The notes below the pieces were generated by a model. The model saw only the letters and a program-made list of their open reading frames with translations. It was not told the DNA's origin and searched no databases. Below, piece after piece: positions 18,311-30,589 of a stretch of DNA of 64,000 nt; position 1 is the stretch's first letter; each line of letters starts with the position of its first letter. The translations under genes were made by a program, and so were the position numbers. The DNA comes from an uncultured Bacteroidales bacterium (GTDB lineage Bacteria; Bacteroidota; Bacteroidia; Bacteroidales; VadinHA17): assembly GCA_963815075.1 (NCBI GenBank), contig CAWFFK010000004.1, forward strand, positions 12,589-76,588, in the 5' to 3' direction.

Positions 18311-20761
18311 CTATTGTTTTCTTATTTCGAAAATATCTCCCTTTTTGGTTGACAAATCATATTCGTAAACTTTCCTTAGTGCTAAAGGGGACAATGTTTT
18401 CTCAGAATGTATCAAAGGTTTCAGGGGATCGGCGGTTTTATAGAACGGATTAGGGTTCTGACCATTAGCTTCCTTAAGTCCTTTACCTTTAAGTGGCATG
18501 TAAGATCTCAGACGACAGTTACCTCCAAGAGAAGATTTTATTTTAGCGGATGCTAATTCGCCATTTCTCCATTGAATATCTGCTTCAAAACCACCCCTGG
18601 CTTTCAGTCCTTTAACACTTCCATTCTTCCAGTCATTGGGTAGCGCCGGTAACAAATGAATAGCTTCATCCTGACTTTGCAATAACATTTCAGCAATACC
18701 AGAAGTACAACCAAAATTACCATCAATCTGGAAAGGCGGATGAGCATCGAAAAGATTCGGATAGGTGCCCCCCTCCTGTTTTCCGTCGGGCTGGATTGAA
18801 GGGGTTAACTGGTCTTTAATCAATTTATATGCATGATCACCATCAAGAAGACGTGCCCACAAGTTTACTTTCCATCCCATGGACCATCCTGTTGATTCAT
18901 CTCCTCTTGCTATCAGAGATGTCCTCGCTGCAGAAAACAGTTCAGGTGTTCTGTAGGGAGAGATCTGGTTGGACGGGAAAAGGCCATATAGATGAGAAAC
19001 ATGCCGGTGTTTGTCATCCTGTTTGTCCCAGTCATACATCCATTCCTGCAACTGTCCCCACTTTCCGATCTGCATTGGAGGAAGACGTTTCAAAGCTGCA
19101 TCCAGTCTCCCTACCAGTTCCATATCAGTATTAAGGAGTCTGGCAGCTTTTATAGTTTTTGTGAACAGATCAAATACCAACTGGTTGTCCATGGTTGTAC
19201 CGGCAGATATTGAAGATTCCGGATGTACTGACGGAGAATTCTCAGGTGATACCGAAGGGCTGACAACAAGCCACTTATGCTCAGGCTCTTCAACCAGGAA
19301 ATCGAGGAAAAATATACAAGCCTCTTTTGCATCCGGGTAGGCTGACTTCAGAAACTCATTATCACCATTGAAGTCATATTTGTCGAATAAATGCTGGGAA
19401 AGCCAGGCTCCACCCATGGGCCACATTCCCCAGAAAGCTCCGTCGACCGGTCCATTGATTCGCCAGATATCTGTATTGTGGTGCAGTACCCATCCCCGGG
19501 CTCCATACATATCTTTTGCTGTTTGTCTGCCTGTCTGAGAAAGTTCGTGCACCATCTGTATAAGTGGTTCGTTCATCTCAGTAAGGTTGGTGATTTCCGA
19601 TGGCCAGTAATTCATCTCGGTATTTATATTTACTGTGTATTTGCTATCCCATGTCGGAGTGAGCTGGTCATTCCAGATACCCTGCAGGTTGGCAGGCTGG
19701 CCACCGGGCCGTGATGAAGAAATTAACAGGTAGCGGCCGAACTGAAAGTATAATGATACCAATTGCGGGTCATTACCTTTGGCGAATTGCTCAAGCCGGA
19801 TATCGGTAGGATTGTTAACAGAACTGGTTACTCCAAGATCAAGGCTTACCCTGTTAAAGTAGTTCTGATAATCAGCAATATGATCACTGACTGCCTTGTC
19901 GTAATTTTTTTTCAGAGCATTCTGCAGGTATGTGTTAACCCTCTCATCGGCATTGGCGGTTATATCATTATAATTCTTAAAATTGGATGCCATTGAAATA
20001 TAAATGGTTGCATCATCAGCATTGGAAACATTCAGGGTCGTATCGACGGCAGACACAGCGCCTCCGGTAGTTAAAATCTTTATTTTTGCTTCAAATTGTA
20101 CATTCCCTTTTACATTTTCAAAATCATTTGTTTTTCCCGCTAAAACCAGTTCATTATTTCCTGAAGTCGAGACAGTTACTTTGGATGGCCTGTCCAGTGT
20201 TGCCGAAAAACTAACTGAGCCGGGTTTGTCAGCGGAGATCCTTACAATAATTACCTGGTCGGGGAATGAAGAAAAAGCCGTTGTTTTGTAATTTACTCCG
20301 TTCAGGCTATAACGGGAAGTTACTATAGCTTTTTCAATATTAAGTTCCCGATAGTATCCGGTATAATTTTCATGTCCCGGAAATAATAGTTTAAGGTTCC
20401 CGACAGTCTGGTATGGCATCCCCTGAGAAATTTTGCTAATAAATTTCTGGTTGATAAGATCCTGCGCCTCCTTGTATTTACCCTCAAAAATTAATTTTCT
20501 GACCTCTGGCAATGCCTCTTTGGCATTTGGATTATCATTACGGTTTGGCGATCCGGCCCAAACGGTGTTTTCATTAAGCTGAATAACTTCCTTACATGGA
20601 TCTCCAAATACCATGGCTCCCAAACGTCCGTTTCCTATTGGTAAAGCTTCGACCCATTGTTTAGCCGGATGGATGTACCAAAGCTTTAATAGGGATTCAG
20701 TCTGGGCAGTAACATTAAGAATTGACGCCAGACTGATTAACAAGATTATGATAGTCTTCAT
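18311..20761 (-). CDS. GH95 alpha-L-fucosidase / alpha-L-galactosidase
   Basis: [66 protein letters not shown]; start taken at ATG 20761. Confidence 0.95.
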   Translation of the reverse strand: MKTIIILLISLASILNVTAQTESLLKLWYIHPAKQWVEALPIGNGRLGAMVFGDPCKEVIQLNENTVWAGSPNRNDNPNAKEALPEVRKLIFEGKYKEAQDLINQKFISKISQGMPYQTVGNLKLLFPGHENYTGYYRELNIEKAIVTSRYSLNGVNYKTTAFSSFPDQVIIVRISADKPGSVSFSATLDRPSKVTVSTSGNNELVLAGKTNDFENVKGNVQFEAKIKILTTGGAVSAVDTTLNVSNADDATIYISMASNFKNYNDITANADERVNTYLQNALKKNYDKAVSDHIADYQNYFNRVSLDLGVTSSVNNPTDIRLEQFAKGNDPQLVSLYFQFGRYLLISSSRPGGQPANLQGIWNDQLTPTWDSKYTVNINTEMNYWPSEITNLTEMNEPLIQMVHELSQTGRQTAKDMYGARGWVLHHNTDIWRINGPVDGAFWGMWPMGGAWLSQHLFDKYDFNGDNEFLKSAYPDAKEACIFFLDFLVEEPEHKWLVVSPSVSPENSPSVHPESSISAGTTMDNQLVFDLFTKTIKAARLLNTDMELVGRLDAALKRLPPMQIGKWGQLQEWMYDWDKQDDKHRHVSHLYGLFPSNQISPYRTPELFSAARTSLIARGDESTGWSMGWKVNLWARLLDGDHAYKLIKDQLTPSIQPDGKQEGGTYPNLFDAHPPFQIDGNFGCTSGIAEMLLQSQDEAIHLLPALPNDWKNGSVKGLKARGGFEADIQWRNGELASAKIKSSLGGNCRLRSYMPLKGKGLKEANGQNPNPFYKTADPLKPLIHSEKTLSPLALRKVYEYDLSTKKGDIFEIRKQ

Positions 20762-20797
20762 AGGTGGTTGGTAGTTAGTTATTCGGTCCATCTATAA

Positions 20798-22144
20798 TTA
20801 ATTTTTAAACCGGATCCAGTCAACCTCAACAGGATTATTATCTTTCAGCACTACAACCAGGTTATGAATACCCTTTTGATATTTTGACAATCGTGCATCA
20901 ACTGTGTTCCAGCCTGTACCTTCAGGTATCTTTACTTCAGCAAGTAAGATGCCGTCTGCTTTGTCTATACGGATTTGCAGGGTACCTCCGGTTTGCGAAA
21001 AGGCTTTTACCAGGACCGATTTAAGCTTTTTATTTCCAAAATCAACGGTATTGTATTGTATCCATGCATTCTGTTTGTCGAGTATAGTCTTCCAGCCATT
21101 AAATGTATTGAGTGTATCAAGGAAAGAAACGGATGCTCCATTATTGCTTATCTGGCTATACCGGTCGATTTCAATTTTTTGCATGGCATTGGTTACTCCC
21201 ACACCGCGTAAAGTGGGTGTTACTTTCCTTATTGTACCGTCCGGGTTAAAGAAGAGGCTGTCTATCCTTACAGACCTGTTTTTATCAAATTTTGGTGACA
21301 AGTCATTATTATGATAAAACAGGTACCATTGATTATTGAATTCGACAATTGACTGGTGGATAGTCCAACAACCTGTTGGAGATTCGTCCATTATTACACC
21401 AATCACCTTAAAAGGCCCCATCGGATTATCAGCAATTGCGTATTCCAGCCTTTCGATTTTATTCTGTACATGCGGGTAGGTCATATAATATATGCCTTTC
21501 CTTTCGAACAGGAAAGGACCTTCCTTCAACCCTTTCCCGGGAAGATCGCCAACCACCTGCGGAACAGAAGCAAGTTCAAGCATGTTCTCTTTCAGCTTTG
21601 CAACAAATAAATTCCCCATTGAATAGTATAAATATGCCTGTCCGTCTTTATCGATAAACGGACAGGGATCAATGCCATGGACATTTTTTATTGGTTCGGG
21701 CTGTGGTGTATATGGCCCGGTTGGATTGTCTGCAACAGCAACCCCGATTCCAAAGCCTCTGCCAGAGCTACCCCTGGCATTAGCAGGGAAATAGAAATAA
21801 TACTTCCCGTTTCTGGCAATGCAATCAGGGGCCCACATGCTGAAAGAGGTTGAATCAACCCATTTCACTTTATCCTGACTTAAAATAACGCCATGATCGG
21901 TCCAGTCGGTGAGGTTTGAAGATGAGAATACATGATAATCCTGCATGCAGAACCAGTCTTTGCGGGCAAATTCCTTAGGAGCAGGTATATCATGCGACGG
22001 GTATAAATAAACCTTACCTTTAAAAACCCTTGCGGAAGGATCGGCAGAAAATTGGTCCCTGATAATTGGATTCTGTGCAACTAATCTATTTAGTGAGAGT
22101 ACCGTTAATGCAAAAACCAATAAAATACGCATGTAATTCTTCAT
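20798..22144 (-). CDS. GH43 xylosidase/arabinofuranosidase with C-terminal CBM6-like module
   Basis: ADPSARV, YPSHD, MWAPD, IDP, EGP, HQSIVEF; C-terminal WIQYNTVDFG..VDWIRF. Confidence 0.88.
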   Translation of the reverse strand: MKNYMRILLVFALTVLSLNRLVAQNPIIRDQFSADPSARVFKGKVYLYPSHDIPAPKEFARKDWFCMQDYHVFSSSNLTDWTDHGVILSQDKVKWVDSTSFSMWAPDCIARNGKYYFYFPANARGSSGRGFGIGVAVADNPTGPYTPQPEPIKNVHGIDPCPFIDKDGQAYLYYSMGNLFVAKLKENMLELASVPQVVGDLPGKGLKEGPFLFERKGIYYMTYPHVQNKIERLEYAIADNPMGPFKVIGVIMDESPTGCWTIHQSIVEFNNQWYLFYHNNDLSPKFDKNRSVRIDSLFFNPDGTIRKVTPTLRGVGVTNAMQKIEIDRYSQISNNGASVSFLDTLNTFNGWKTILDKQNAWIQYNTVDFGNKKLKSVLVKAFSQTGGTLQIRIDKADGILLAEVKIPEGTGWNTVDARLSKYQKGIHNLVVVLKDNNPVEVDWIRFKN

Positions 22145-22249
22145 AATTTGAGTTTTATCAGTTATAACAGAAATTGATGATAATCCATTAAAGAAAATTC
22201 AATAAACTTATCCTGGATCAGTTTCAAACCTGTCATAAAATTGTTATAA

Positions 22250-24856
22250 CTATTCAGATACCATTTCATTTACGGCATTTGATAGAAATATATATGCAGA
22301 ACAGATGTTTATTACATATTCATTTTCACCCCAGAAGAAAGGCCAATCCTCTTTGTTTTCAAGGAAATCAGGCTGGAACAATAACAAGCCCGGAACCACA
22401 CCACCGGCGATAAATGTGAAATCAGCCCTGTTGTTTCCATAGGCAACTTCCTTGGAATGTGTTCCGACAGCTGAAACAAAAGAAATATTTGAATACGGGT
22501 GACAGCCGAAGATATAATTCAGACCCTTGTAAACATATTCCGGACTAATAATATCAGGAAAATACTTATTAGCATAATAATTGGTGATGGCAAAGCTTAT
22601 CACACCGCTGTTTCCTCCCCATCCTCTTGACGTGATGGGAACTCCATAAGGATTTTCTTTACCATAACCGTCAATCGTTTCCTTATACTTAACGATATAA
22701 CCTCTTAATTTGGTTTTAAAGTCATTGCTCATATATGGCAATGCCTGTAATGCTTCTGATATACCTCCTCTGCCGGCAACTGATCTGTCGAGAGACGGCC
22801 ACAATAATTCGATAAACCTCTTTGAATATTTATCTTCTTTTGTTGTGATAAATAATTGAAGCGCCGCGGACATTTCACTTGCAGCACCAAACATCTGTCC
22901 TCCGGGTTGATTAGTATTCTGAGGCTTATCGAAGTTTTCATCCCACATTTTCTTTGCTGCGGCTAAACATCTGTCCGCCAGAGATTTATTGTAATCTTTC
23001 AGTGCACGATTTGCTGCAGCCAAAGCAGCAGCAGTTGAATAGTCCAGAAAAGCAGATCTGTTAGTGAATGCCCATCTGTCATCCATTGTTCCGCTTGACT
23101 TTCCATCTGATTCGTAAGGTTTAAGATCAGGATTATAAGGAAGGTTATCTGTTTCATCCACAGCGTCACCCAGATGATGATACTGGTGAAGGTTTGGAAC
23201 GACGATTCCTCTCACCGGATGGCCTATATTTTCAACCTGGGCAACAACGTTCAATGCTCCGTGTTCTATCTGCTGCAGAATATCCGGTTTGCCGTCAGGA
23301 CGATGAATATCAACGTAGCGGGTTGCCTGATCAACAAATGTTTCATCGCGGTCTACTTTGAATTTTTCCCAGGCATCAACGAAGTTCAACAAAACACCCA
23401 CGTGTGATAAGGTCTGAATATCAAAGTCACCTGCATCAAACCATCCACCGACATTTAATCCGGGAATACGTTCATAATCTTTATATTTAGTATCGGTAGT
23501 CGGTCCCATACTGTAACCATCAAAGTGCTTATGATTTACAGGGGCCTGAAGCGCATCATCCAGAAATGGAGCACCGTGCCAGACCCGGTATGCTTCATTA
23601 ACCATCATGTGATCCATCTGCACAGGGAAGTATACATCCAATGTCGCATGCCATATATCGCTATAGACATTGGGATCAATTACAAAGGTATTGGTTGATT
23701 GATCACCGTACTTTATAAAATAAATGCCAGGATCTTTGACAGACGTAAAATCGAATTTAAGATAATTATATCGTAAATAATTACCCCATTGAGTCACATC
23801 TGCAGTTAATTTCTCAATAAATTTCCCCTCAGGAGTGACCTGGAAAAGTGAAGCATTTTTTAATGGAGCATCATTTTTATCAAGCTCAATAACAGCGACC
23901 TTTTCCTGACCAGGACAATAACCGACCTGAGAAAACCCGATAACTGGGACTCTTTTCCAGTTTGGTATTGCATGTGGTTCAAGATACCATTGCAGCACAT
24001 TCCCTGTTTTTTTTGAAGGAATTAAACTGCGTACAATAAACCATCCGTTTTGTGCCAGATTACGTCCGTCAAAGAGCATCAATTCTGCGTCCAGTGCCTG
24101 AATCTTCACAAAATTTTCAGGATCTTCAGGTGCCAGTAAAATTGTTTTACCCGTTGCAAGCGGACCCGGAACAATAAATTCATTTCTTCCCCTGTCATCA
24201 AAGGTTGAATGACCTGCATATTGAAGTATTTTATTACTCAGCGGTTCCATTTTTGTAGAACCCGATGGGTAGAGGGGAAATTCCCCTGGCTTTCCATCAA
24301 CCATGTAGGTTTTTCTAAAATATGAAGAAGGTATAAATTCGAGGTTTAAACCTGCACGACCTTCAAGTTTTTCAGGAAGAGGCTTATCAAGAATAACAGT
24401 TATAAGCACTCCATTATCTTTTGGTGTAACACTTATTTTTGAATCAAAATCATAATCCTTGTATCTCAATCCCAGACTAATTGTGTTGGTTGCCTTGTCA
24501 ACTTTCCGGTCAACCACAGCAGGCACCAAATCCCATTGTTCAGGGGTATTCTGTAGCCTTACAGCTCCACCTGTGGCAGTCCTGACACCATGATGGATAA
24601 GTTCTATTCCGGCATTCTTTTCATCATTGAACATCCCGTTATACTGATTGCTAAAGACAAATACGTTTACTCCGGGAGTTTCAAAATATCCCAGATCATT
24701 TAAATGCAGTGTTTGACAGAAAGAGTTGTCTGACAATAAAATGAAAGATATTGTCAGTGAAAAAGTTAAAAATAACTCTTTGAATACTGCCTGAATACCA
24801 GGTACATGATGTTGCACTTCAATAACACTACTGTTGTATTTAGCATCGTTTTTCAT
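22250..24856 (-). CDS. GH9 glycoside hydrolase with a long N-terminal extension and Ig-like domain
   Basis: SQVGY..KVAV (Ig-like), GGWFDAGD, NYIFGCHP..SFVSAVG, ENEYVIN. Start uncertain. Confidence 0.85.
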   Translation of the reverse strand: MKNDAKYNSSVIEVQHHVPGIQAVFKELFLTFSLTISFILLSDNSFCQTLHLNDLGYFETPGVNVFVFSNQYNGMFNDEKNAGIELIHHGVRTATGGAVRLQNTPEQWDLVPAVVDRKVDKATNTISLGLRYKDYDFDSKISVTPKDNGVLITVILDKPLPEKLEGRAGLNLEFIPSSYFRKTYMVDGKPGEFPLYPSGSTKMEPLSNKILQYAGHSTFDDRGRNEFIVPGPLATGKTILLAPEDPENFVKIQALDAELMLFDGRNLAQNGWFIVRSLIPSKKTGNVLQWYLEPHAIPNWKRVPVIGFSQVGYCPGQEKVAVIELDKNDAPLKNASLFQVTPEGKFIEKLTADVTQWGNYLRYNYLKFDFTSVKDPGIYFIKYGDQSTNTFVIDPNVYSDIWHATLDVYFPVQMDHMMVNEAYRVWHGAPFLDDALQAPVNHKHFDGYSMGPTTDTKYKDYERIPGLNVGGWFDAGDFDIQTLSHVGVLLNFVDAWEKFKVDRDETFVDQATRYVDIHRPDGKPDILQQIEHGALNVVAQVENIGHPVRGIVVPNLHQYHHLGDAVDETDNLPYNPDLKPYESDGKSSGTMDDRWAFTNRSAFLDYSTAAALAAANRALKDYNKSLADRCLAAAKKMWDENFDKPQNTNQPGGQMFGAASEMSAALQLFITTKEDKYSKRFIELLWPSLDRSVAGRGGISEALQALPYMSNDFKTKLRGYIVKYKETIDGYGKENPYGVPITSRGWGGNSGVISFAITNYYANKYFPDIISPEYVYKGLNYIFGCHPYSNISFVSAVGTHSKEVAYGNNRADFTFIAGGVVPGLLLFQPDFLENKEDWPFFWGENEYVINICSAYIFLSNAVNEMVSE

Positions 24857-24992
24857 GGTTCGGTCTTTTAGCTTATTGTTTTCCAAATTTTAAATTTATC
24901 GATTATGTTACAGGTTGTTACCTGAATGACAGAAATTCTCTGTTACCGGAATATCATTCCATATTAAATTCCTTATCAAAATAAATCTTTCA

Positions 24993-26558
24993 TCAATGAT
25001 TTGAAATATAACCGGTCCTGAACCAGTCAAAATCAACAAATCCACCGGGAGTTTTTGCAGCATAGTTAAACAATCCGAAGCGATAACCCATAAAGTGAGG
25101 CATTGAATATTCCATTTTAAGCTGTGTTCCAATAGGTATCCATGTTTTGCCATCGGGGCTGTAAAAGAAATTTGCAATATCTGCCTTGTCCCTGAAATCA
25201 CATTCAGCTTTCAGATAAGCGGTTTTTTGTGTAAATGGAACACTCTGAACGTCGACAGGCTTACCGGTTTGGGCGCTGACCATAACAACCGATCTGGCTC
25301 CATTAATATTTCTGACTCCTATCAGGCCGAATTTTTTCTGTAAAAGGGCAAGTCCTGCAAAGTCACCATCCTTCATGTTTAAAACATCAATTGATACAGA
25401 ACCTGAGCATTCGGGCCCGAAGGTGCGCTGTGTTAATGTATTTCTTGCGGAAACGAAAATGGTATCAATACGGCCTGTTGTCAGCCGAAGGTAACCTTTT
25501 CGTTGAGTAACCGACCAAAGTTTATTGTCGGGATTGTGGTTCCATTGCCAGACCAGAGGAAGGGCAGGCTCTCCCTTACGACGATTGAATTCATCTGATG
25601 CCACAATACCGGGAATTAACCCTTTGCTGGCAGGAAGATCAAGATTATCGGGCACTTTGCCATCAATGCCCAGGACAGGCCATCCTTCCACCCATTTTAC
25701 CGGAACGAGATAAGGGATACGTCCTACCGACCCATAATCGCGGAAGAGATAAGCAAACCATTTGCCATCGGGGGTGTCAATGAGCCCCCCCTGGGCTACA
25801 CCCTTATCCTGCAGGGCAAGCCTTCCTTCCCACGGGCCGGTAATCTTCTCAGCTCTGTGAATGACAACTGTCCTCATCCCTCCTCTTGGCCAGGTGATAT
25901 TAAAAAGATAATATTTACCCATAACTTTAAACAGTTGGGAACCTTCACCGAGTCCGCTGTCGGATCCTGACGGTATACTGGTATTCTCGATGAGAACCTG
26001 ATCTGTACCTGCCATAAGACCGGTGAGATCAGCATTCAGTTCGACTTTTCTGAGTTTAATATTTCCATAAATCATATAAATACGGCCGTCATCGTCGAAA
26101 AACAGTGTATTGTCATGAAGACTCGGATTGAAAGAAATTTCTTTCCATGGCCCTTTTTCGATATCCTTTGTTGAATATATATATGTCTTATCAGTGGTCT
26201 GAGAAAAGGTACTGACATAATATACACCGTTATGGTAACGGATGCAGCTGGCCCAGGAACCTCTCCCATAGGAATTCTTCCCATTACTTAGGTTCAATGC
26301 ATCGACATCGTCCAGAATTTGGTAGGCATAGTTTACAATCTGCCAGTTTATCAGGTCCTTTGATTTCATTATTGGTACACCCGGACTCATGTGCATCGTA
26401 GTGCTGCTCATATAATAGGTGTCCCCAACCCGGACCATTGACATATCGGGAACATCGGCAAAAATAATGGGGTTTTGAGCATGCTCTGGCTGTGCGGAAA
26501 CAGTGATATTTAAAGAAGCAGCAACAAGTGCCAACAAGCTAAAATATATAGTCTTCAT
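24993..26558 (-). CDS. Two-domain GH43 (beta-propeller plus beta-sandwich), GH43_10-like
   Basis: NPIIFADVPD, SSTTMHMSPG, GSWAS, EGS, AQGG, WQWNHNP, ARNTLTQR, FMGYRFGLFNY. Confidence 0.88.
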   Translation of the reverse strand: MKTIYFSLLALVAASLNITVSAQPEHAQNPIIFADVPDMSMVRVGDTYYMSSTTMHMSPGVPIMKSKDLINWQIVNYAYQILDDVDALNLSNGKNSYGRGSWASCIRYHNGVYYVSTFSQTTDKTYIYSTKDIEKGPWKEISFNPSLHDNTLFFDDDGRIYMIYGNIKLRKVELNADLTGLMAGTDQVLIENTSIPSGSDSGLGEGSQLFKVMGKYYLFNITWPRGGMRTVVIHRAEKITGPWEGRLALQDKGVAQGGLIDTPDGKWFAYLFRDYGSVGRIPYLVPVKWVEGWPVLGIDGKVPDNLDLPASKGLIPGIVASDEFNRRKGEPALPLVWQWNHNPDNKLWSVTQRKGYLRLTTGRIDTIFVSARNTLTQRTFGPECSGSVSIDVLNMKDGDFAGLALLQKKFGLIGVRNINGARSVVMVSAQTGKPVDVQSVPFTQKTAYLKAECDFRDKADIANFFYSPDGKTWIPIGTQLKMEYSMPHFMGYRFGLFNYAAKTPGGFVDFDWFRTGYISNH

Positions 26559-26593
26559 AAATTGATATAAATGAGTCTTAAGATAGTAACAAA

Positions 26594-28484
26594 TTATTTT
26601 ATTACGGAAAACTTTTTTGTTGATGTACCATGTTTATTTTTGATTGAAAAAATATAAACACCATTTTCTAAAGCAGATATGTCAAAAGAAAGTGGAGAAT
26701 ATCCGTTATAATCCACAAACGAATTTAAAATTTTTCTACCCGTCATGTCATAAACAGTAATTTCAGTTTGCCCTGCAAATGTCTGACTCAAACTAACATT
26801 TATATTGTCTTTTGCCGGATTAGGAAAAATCTTTATTTCACTATTACCATTTTTAAATTCCGAAATTCCGGCAGTGGCTTTTGCAAGTAGAACAGCCGTT
26901 GTAGAAAGTGCAGGAACTGTTATGAATAAAAGAATTTGAAATGACTGTTACAATGTTCTTTTTCAAGGCATTGTCGGTGTGCAATTTGAACGTTTCAGTT
27001 GCAGGCAAGTCTGACAATTCTAATGCAGAATAGGTTCCGTTACCTGCTGAAAACCCATTTATAATTATGGTTGCATAACGTGGCGTATTCATGTCGCGGT
27101 TCACAATAATTACTGTCATCGAATCGGCTGATTCATTCACGGTAGTATAGGCCGAAACTGTATTTTCGAGCGAAGATGTACTTGAAACACTATAAGTTTT
27201 TGCGTATCGGCTATATAAGTGCAATGTTTCCCACATACCTGTTTCCCAATTCCAGGGAGAGAACAATTCAACACCATTGTTTGCGAATGTACCAAGCGCC
27301 GAACCATACACTACAGAGCAAACATTCGGGTTTTTAGAAGAGGGTCCCCATTCACTGATACCAAGGGTGATACCATGATTCTCACCGAAATATTTAGTAA
27401 GCCAATCGTTAATACGTTGAAAAATGTATTCTTTAGTTTGTGAATTGTCCCAGCCTCCATCAATTGTTTTCACCCCATTGGCCCCGGGATATTCATAATT
27501 TTTATCGTAATAAATCCTGTGTAGCTGCAAAGCCTCTAAATCGGAGGCTGCATACGGATAATTATGCAAATCCACTACATCGAGCAGCCGGATACCGCTT
27601 GCTTTTTGTTCATCAGCTAAACATTTTATAAAATATTCAAGCCAGCAATAGTATTTTCCGTCTATTGTTAATCCCTCATTTCCCCATTTATACCATTGCC
27701 ATTCACTGGTAGTAACCGGCCCACAGATTTTAATTTCGGGGAATAAGGCGCGTGCTTTTTTGGCAACTTCTATAAACCTGTCGATGAATTCCGAAGCGGG
27801 AATAAGAGTGGACATCACATCGTCGTGAGTTCCATTCCATATGTCCGGTTCATTATCCATACTCCAATAAAGAAATTGGTTCTTGTTCAATCCGATTCCA
27901 TTGGCTCCAAACCAGTGGTTTAAAATTTCCACTGTTGAATCGGCAGGCCAATTCATCAGGTATTTTGAAGGATCCCCTTCAACCAGTGCTTTGCCATTAG
28001 GATTAGCTGTATTTGGAGTACCGCCTCCAGCCAGATTTTGATTAACACCCTCCCACCACTGCGAATTGTTGAAGCTCCAGTCGTCGAAATTATAGTCCTT
28101 ACTCGAAGCGACTTTACCGATCAGTTGAAACGCCCACATTACCTGCATACCGGGTTGATTCGCCTCAACTTTTTTCGAAGTTGCGTCCCAATCGTTACTG
28201 TAAACATTGTTATACCAGTCGGGGTGACTTGTAATCTTCCTGCGCCAGTTATATTTTGTGGCATTATTCCCCCCGTTCATGCGGGCAAAACATAAACCGG
28301 CATCTTTATAAAATTCAGCTGGTTTGTCAAAACTTTCATTCCGCCCATAGATATATGGAGAAACAGTTTTCTTATTCACACCAGCATCTATTGTAATTGT
28401 AACATCCTGTGCATGAACTGAAGTCAGTAATAAACTACTTTCCAGAACCAACATATGACTTATTTTTATAAATCGATTTTTCAT
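26594..28484 (-). pseudogene. GH44 endoglucanase/xyloglucanase with type-A T9SS C-terminal domain, split by a frameshift near 26925
   Basis: GGNNATKYNW, MDNEPDIW..THDDV, GISEW in the long ORF; the alternate frame continues ITVPALSTTAVLL..IKIFPNPAKD..VYDMTGR..LENGVYI..KKFSVIK to the stop at 26594. Confidence 0.85.
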
Positions 28485-28543
28485 GCAAATTATTTGTTTA
28501 GATGCTTATATATCTAAGGCTCTTTTATACTTCGTAATTTTTT

Positions 28544-30589
28544 TTACTTAACCTCAATAAACTCAGGTTCAAACGGTGCAATCGTAAAATTATCGCTGTA
28601 ATCTTTATCAAAAAGTATGCTTCGTGCATTTCCTTTCATCTGAATTTCTTTTGGTTCACCGCTTACATTCAGGTATAAGAAATGGTTTTTATCAATCTGA
28701 CGTGCCATTACCCCTGATGGAACATCAGGGCCTTTTTTAATGCCAAGCTCATCAATCAGATCGTCGACCAGACCGTCAAGCACGTTTTCATTTGCAGGCA
28801 AACCAACATAAATTGCCCGGCCTTTCCCGTATTTATTAGAGGTCATAATTGGATAATCCTTATCGAGGCTGGTAATGGTACCGATAACTTCTGCGCCTCT
28901 GAGATCAATATTATCGAACCTTGCCGATTCAGTATCAGTGGCCTTCCCTTTATAAGTAACCTCAAGTTTCTTGCCTTTGTATCCTTTTCGTGAAATTTCG
29001 TTTATGGCCCCGGTTTCTTCGTAACCACCCAGCCGAATTCCAAATACATCGCTTAACCTGCCCGGGCGGGTAGATGCAAAAACTTGTCCCGTTGTATCAA
29101 CTATGGCTGAATTATCAGTCATAATAACTGTTCCTCCGTCTTTCACGTAATCACGGATCTTAGTGGCTGTTGCTTCATCCATTACGGCAACACCGGGAAC
29201 AAACAATAATTTGTAATTCAATGAACTGCGGCTAATCTCTACAACACGTGCATCCATGTTGCGCCAATAAAACATATCGAAGCAGGCTTGTAGCTGGTTA
29301 TCATGTTGTTCGGGAAAATAAGCACTTGCAATCTGGCTGGGGAACGAAAATGCAAGCCCGACTTCTGCCTGAAGTTTGTAAGGGAAGTATTTTTCAATCT
29401 TTTTAAATTCTGTGGCAATTTGTTTATATTCATCGTATTTGCGGTTTGGAACGCCATCCCAGTCAAGCATTCCTTCCAGATACTGTTCCTCACCAGCCCA
29501 CATACTCTGCCATGTCCATCCGCAAACCATCTGGTTGCCATACATTAATGTTGCATAAGCCGATTTTCTGATGGAATTAGGAACGGCTGTCATTGTAGTA
29601 AATTCAGTACACCAGAAAGGATTTGTGCTTTCGAACTGAATACGGGAAATTCCAAACAAAGCATTCATAACACCAGAGTTGGTTGTTAATGAAAGTCCCG
29701 GGTAGAAACCACAGCCTTCGCGTGTCATTTTTCCGGAATAAGCTATTTGGGAATAGTCAAAATACTTCATCGGGCTGTAATACCATGCATTTGTATTAAC
29801 CAATGCATTGGGTGCATTGGTATTTACCCTGTCAATGACCTTAAAAAGCAACTGATTAATTTCATCTGAAACAAAACGCCTGAAATCGAGCATTTTTTCA
29901 GGCACATCGGTAGGGTGGGTTGCTACAGGGAAGCCAATTTCTTCAAACTGGTTAATCCTTCTCGACCATCGTTGAGTTGCCCAGGCTTTGTTTAAATTAT
30001 CTACTGTGGAATATTTTTTCTTTAACCAGTTTACAAACCTTTCTCTCGCAGTTTCTGAATAAGATATCCGGCCATCACCAGATTCATTGTCGATACCAAA
30101 AGCCAGTAATGCAGGATGTTTCCCATACCTCTTTGTAAGCGTATCTGCGTAACGTAATGCATACTTTTGATACATAGGATCTCCGATATCTTCCATGTAA
30201 CGATGGTTAGGATAGAGGACATCCCCGTTGGCATCAACAATATCAATTGAAGGATAATTGTGATGTAACCAGATGGGCGCTGGCCGTATAGCAATATCAA
30301 GAATGACCCTGATACCGGCCTGGTTCATCATATCCATAACATTATCAAACCATTTAAAATCAAAGTTTCCATCCGAAGGTTCATAACTATCCCATGCCAG
30401 ATGACCCATCCGGACAATGTTAAACCCGGCAGCTTTCATAAGCTGTATGTCATCTTTTATTTTTTCAGGTTGCTTATTATCATGAGGATGATAGTTGGCG
30501 CCGACATATAACTTCTGGGCATTCATAAAAAAACCTGTAAAGCAAAGAATCGTTGCTAAAATCAGAGTCTTGTTTCTTCTTGCTTTCAT
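28544..30589 (-). CDS. GH42 beta-galactosidase-like enzyme with signal peptide
   Basis: GANYHP, DIQLMKAAGFNIVRMG..AW...EP, IDNE, LNKAW, WCTE, GEEQY..G; C-terminal trimerisation-like domain. Confidence 0.85.
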   Translation of the reverse strand: MKARRNKTLILATILCFTGFFMNAQKLYVGANYHPHDNKQPEKIKDDIQLMKAAGFNIVRMGHLAWDSYEPSDGNFDFKWFDNVMDMMNQAGIRVILDIAIRPAPIWLHHNYPSIDIVDANGDVLYPNHRYMEDIGDPMYQKYALRYADTLTKRYGKHPALLAFGIDNESGDGRISYSETARERFVNWLKKKYSTVDNLNKAWATQRWSRRINQFEEIGFPVATHPTDVPEKMLDFRRFVSDEINQLLFKVIDRVNTNAPNALVNTNAWYYSPMKYFDYSQIAYSGKMTREGCGFYPGLSLTTNSGVMNALFGISRIQFESTNPFWCTEFTTMTAVPNSIRKSAYATLMYGNQMVCGWTWQSMWAGEEQYLEGMLDWDGVPNRKYDEYKQIATEFKKIEKYFPYKLQAEVGLAFSFPSQIASAYFPEQHDNQLQACFDMFYWRNMDARVVEISRSSLNYKLLFVPGVAVMDEATATKIRDYVKDGGTVIMTDNSAIVDTTGQVFASTRPGRLSDVFGIRLGGYEETGAINEISRKGYKGKKLEVTYKGKATDTESARFDNIDLRGAEVIGTITSLDKDYPIMTSNKYGKGRAIYVGLPANENVLDGLVDDLIDELGIKKGPDVPSGVMARQIDKNHFLYLNVSGEPKEIQMKGNARSILFDKDYSDNFTIAPFEPEFIEVK

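Noticed and set aside
26594..26791. Stand-alone 65-aa ORF
   Set aside because: It is the detached T9SS C-terminal domain of the GH44 gene.
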